From Neocallimastix sp. 'constans' (taxonomy: Eukaryota): DNA of 64,000 bases. Below are positions 60,529-64,000 of this stretch, in pieces. Position numbers and translations under genes: made by a program. The stretch spans positions 434,001-498,000 of the forward strand of contig JBODTK010000109.1 of the NCBI GenBank assembly GCA_050613775.1, written 5' to 3'. The notes beneath the pieces were generated by a model. That model saw only the letters and a program-made list of their open reading frames with translations, ran no database searches and had not been told where the DNA came from. The stretch's first letter is position 1. Each line of letters begins with the position of its first letter.

Positions 60529-63500
60529 GCAAGATTGGTACATAATACTTTCAATATCATGTTAAAGGAATCTATGAATTTAATTGACAAAAATCAACAA
60601 AATTGTGATACAATTCAAAATAAGGTTATTACTGTTCTTCAGGACTTATTAAAAAGAAAGGAATTAGGTTATAAAAAGGTATTTTTTCAATATTAATTAT
60701 ATTAATTATATTTGTTATTAATTATTATAATCTATTATAGAAAATAGCAAATTTAGCAAAAATCAGAGATGAAATCTTTAAAACATATGGAGACCTTGAA
60801 CGTGTAAGAATTGATATATAATAATGTATTATAATAAAAAAAAAAAAGTAAAAATATAGAAATATATAAAGTAATATATTAAACCTATATATATTATAGA
60901 CAAAACAAGCTTATGACACCCATGAAAAAGACTCACAAAATCAAAAAAGTAAATATGAAGATGCGTGTACCGAACCAAAAGGAGCATTGGGTACAATGAA
61001 AAATATGTTACGTTCTGGGGATTCAGCTCAAAGAATTGAAAAAGTAGATAGATATATTAATAATTTATAAATATGATGCCTATAAAATATTAATTATTAT
61101 TTAAAATTACTTAAATTAGTATCATCAGAAATGGGAAGCTTCACAAATTAATTCAGCCAATGCAAGAAATGAATATTTGTTATATATTGATTTAATTAAT
61201 TTACAAAATGATCAATTTTATGATAGTAAATATCATTTATCTTTATATTTAATTATATATTATTTTTATGAATTTATAACTAAAAATTATTAAACGTTAA
61301 TATAACACTACCTGGAAAAAAATAATGATATTATAATTATAATTGATAAAAGTTGATTGCCCAACTGCTATGAAGGTAATTAATTTATTCATATGAATAA
61401 TTAATTATGTTATAAAACTAATTATTCTTTAAATGTATATTAATTAATTTGATAAATACAAGAGTATTGATGATAATTATTATGAAAGTATGTCAAGTAT
61501 ATATGATATGATAAACAACTTATGTATAGACTATTCCAATGATTTAAATAAAAGTATAAGTAATATTCAAGATTCTATAAGAAAAATCAATAGAGAAGAT
61601 GATAATGCTATGTTCATAACCCAAAATGATATATATTTCAAAAAAATAGAACCATTTACATATGAGCCATATGGTTCTGATAGCGTTCGTTAATTTAATA
61701 ATTCTTCTATATAATTATTATAAAAATAATTTATATGAAAAATACAAGTACTAATTCCTAAATTTATAAAAATGATAAATAGATTTCAAGTATTATCTTT
61801 AATGAGAGCACAAAACATCAATTATCAATGTGTTTAGAGGTATTTAATAAACAATTAGTAACTATCGAACAAAATATTGATAAATCAAACCGTGAACTTC
61901 AAGGTATTGAACAGTTAATTCAAGTTTATTCCGATAAACCGTCATTTGGAAATGCTGAAGAATCTATAAATGTAAAATATTGATTATATTATATAATTTA
62001 ATTAATAATTTATATTTAATTAGTAATACACAAATTTATTAACATAAAAGTATAATCTATATTATATAATTCATAGCAAAGAAATGAAGTTCTTGAGCAA
62101 TTAGAAAAATTAAATAAAGATAAAGAAATCTATAGTACTATTGTTAACAAATTAAAGAGCATTGGAGGTTAATTCTTAAAAATTTTACATAATTATAATA
62201 TATATTTAATATATATTTATTTCTATAATTAACTGCATTATTATGGAATAAAATAGTTATTATTAATACTAATTTATTATATATTTAATTATTCATTTAT
62301 TTAATTATTAATAGTTGAACTCGAAAGACCCGTTATTATTGGCTCTCTTCATAAAAAAGCAATTGCATTATATAACTTTACGGCGGAATCTGGTGATCAA
62401 CTTTCATTTAAAGAAAATGACTCTATAACAGTTTTAGAGCAACAAGGAAATGGTTGGGTCAAGGTAAAATATTCTAAATATTTAATATAAACCCATGAAC
62501 ATATAATATAAGAAATGATAAAAGTAGTATTATTAAAAGAAAAAAAAGACAAATAAAAAAGACATAATAATAATATATATAACTTATCCATATTATATAT
62601 ATGTATATATATTAATATTTTTAAAGGCCCAAATTGGTCCAAAAATTGGTTTAGTTCCAGAAGAATATATTAAAATTATTGATTCGAGTAATAAATCTCT
62701 AAATTCAACAAATTCAACAAATTCATTAAAACCAATAACAACGATTAAAAAGCAAGTTTCTAAAACTCCATCAAATATAAGTTTATCAAAATTAAATGTT
62801 TCAAGCGGTATATTATAATTATAATCTTTTATTAATAAAGTAATAATAATAATAATAATTACTATTATATTAATTAATTATATAACACAATTATTTTACA
62901 ATAGTGGTTGCTTTATTTGATTATAATGCATCTGACTCAACAGAATTAAGCTTTAAGACAGGTGATATTATTGAAATTATTAATACTGGAAATAATGATA
63001 AAGAAAAAATAGAAAATCAATGGTGGACTGGTAGAAACAAAACTACAAATAAAACTGGTCAATTCCCGGTAGTATTCACTAAAGGTTGGGATGGCTCTTC
63101 TAAATCTAAGGCTTCAAAGACTTCATCTTCACATCAAAAAGAAAAAGTTATGAAGGTTAAAGCGCTATATGATTATGAAGCTACTTGTGAAGGAGAATTA
63201 TCTATATCTGGTAATTATAATTTCAACATATTAAAATAATAAAATAATTTAATAAATATATTAATTTGAATAAATATAATATATATATATATATATTATT
63301 TTTTCTTTAATTTTTCTAATATAAAAATTAAAATAAAAAAGTTGGTGATATTATTACTGTAACAAATATCAATACTGGTAGTTCTTCATGGTATGAAACA
63401 TTATTTAATGAAACATAGTTAATAGTAGAAAAGTGTTAATATTAAAATATTAAAGTACTTTTAATTATATATATTATATATAATTAAAAATAATCATAGG

Positions 63501-64000
63501 TGGGAAGGTACAGGTCCAAAAGGTCACGGGCAATTCCCATCAATGTATGTTCAAGAACTAACCGGAAATTCAAAAACACTAAACTCAAAAGTAGAGAAAA
63601 AGGTATTGTATTATAATATATAATATATATTGTAATAGTTAAGAATTTATATTAATATAAATAACAAAATGTTTAATTTGATAATCAATAAAAAAAAAAA
63701 TTAATTAATTAATTAATAAATAAATAAATTAATAAATTAATAAATAGACCTGTAAAAAAGGTAAAATATTTTTATTTTTAAAATTTTAAAATAATAAATA
63801 TATTTTGAATCATTATTAAGTTATAATTCATAATTTTTGCTTATATATAGTAAGAGCCTTATATGATTACACAGCACAAAATCCAGATGAATTGTCATTT
63901 AAAGCATATGATATTATTGAAGTTACAGAAGATACCAATAATTCCAACGATTGGTGGATGGGAAGATTAAATTCCCAAGTTGGACTTTTCCCAAGAACTT
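60007..64000 (+). CDS. F-BAR protein with at least four SH3 domains (Bzz1/FCHSD-like), many exons, 3'-partial
   Basis: FCH motif YLK/KRVEIEREY, ARNEYLL, HR1-like ELQGIEQLIQVY.DKPSFG. SH3 domains: ALYNFTAESGDQLSF..GWVK..GLVP; ALFDYNA..ELSFKTGD..WW.G..GQFP; ALYDYEA..ELS..WWEG..GQFP; ALYDYTA..ELSF..WWMG..GLFP. Confidence 0.88.

Overview
Extremely AT-rich eukaryotic DNA with long poly(A/T) runs, microsatellites and short GT-AG introns. Composition, intron style and gene content (bacterial-type starch-binding module, Spg1/Tem1, F-BAR-SH3) fit an anaerobic gut fungus (Neocallimastigomycota); this is inference, not verified. Contents in order: (1) the 3' end of a gene with a CBM25-like starch-binding module; (2) an intronless type II membrane protein with TWO tandem Stealth (hexose-1-phosphate transferase) domains, plus a convergent truncated ORF with the same N-terminal anchor pattern; (3) two diverged copies, and a possible third fragment, of a short retroposon-like repeat, the two copies each with an A-tract and a 12-14 bp target-site duplication; (4) a 4.0 kb Mutator-like (MULE) transposon with imperfect TIRs and a disabled transposase; (5) a giant low-complexity gene with a ~9.9 kb exon; (6) an intron-retaining, deleted DIS3/RRP44 pseudogene; (7) a RhoGAP-like gene lacking the arginine finger, head-to-head with SPG1/TEM1; (8) decayed coding relics; (9) a GC-rich palindromic motif array; (10) a 3-exon hypothetical gene; (11) an F-BAR protein with at least four SH3 domains running off the right edge. 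All family calls come from motif recognition by eye; no searches were run.
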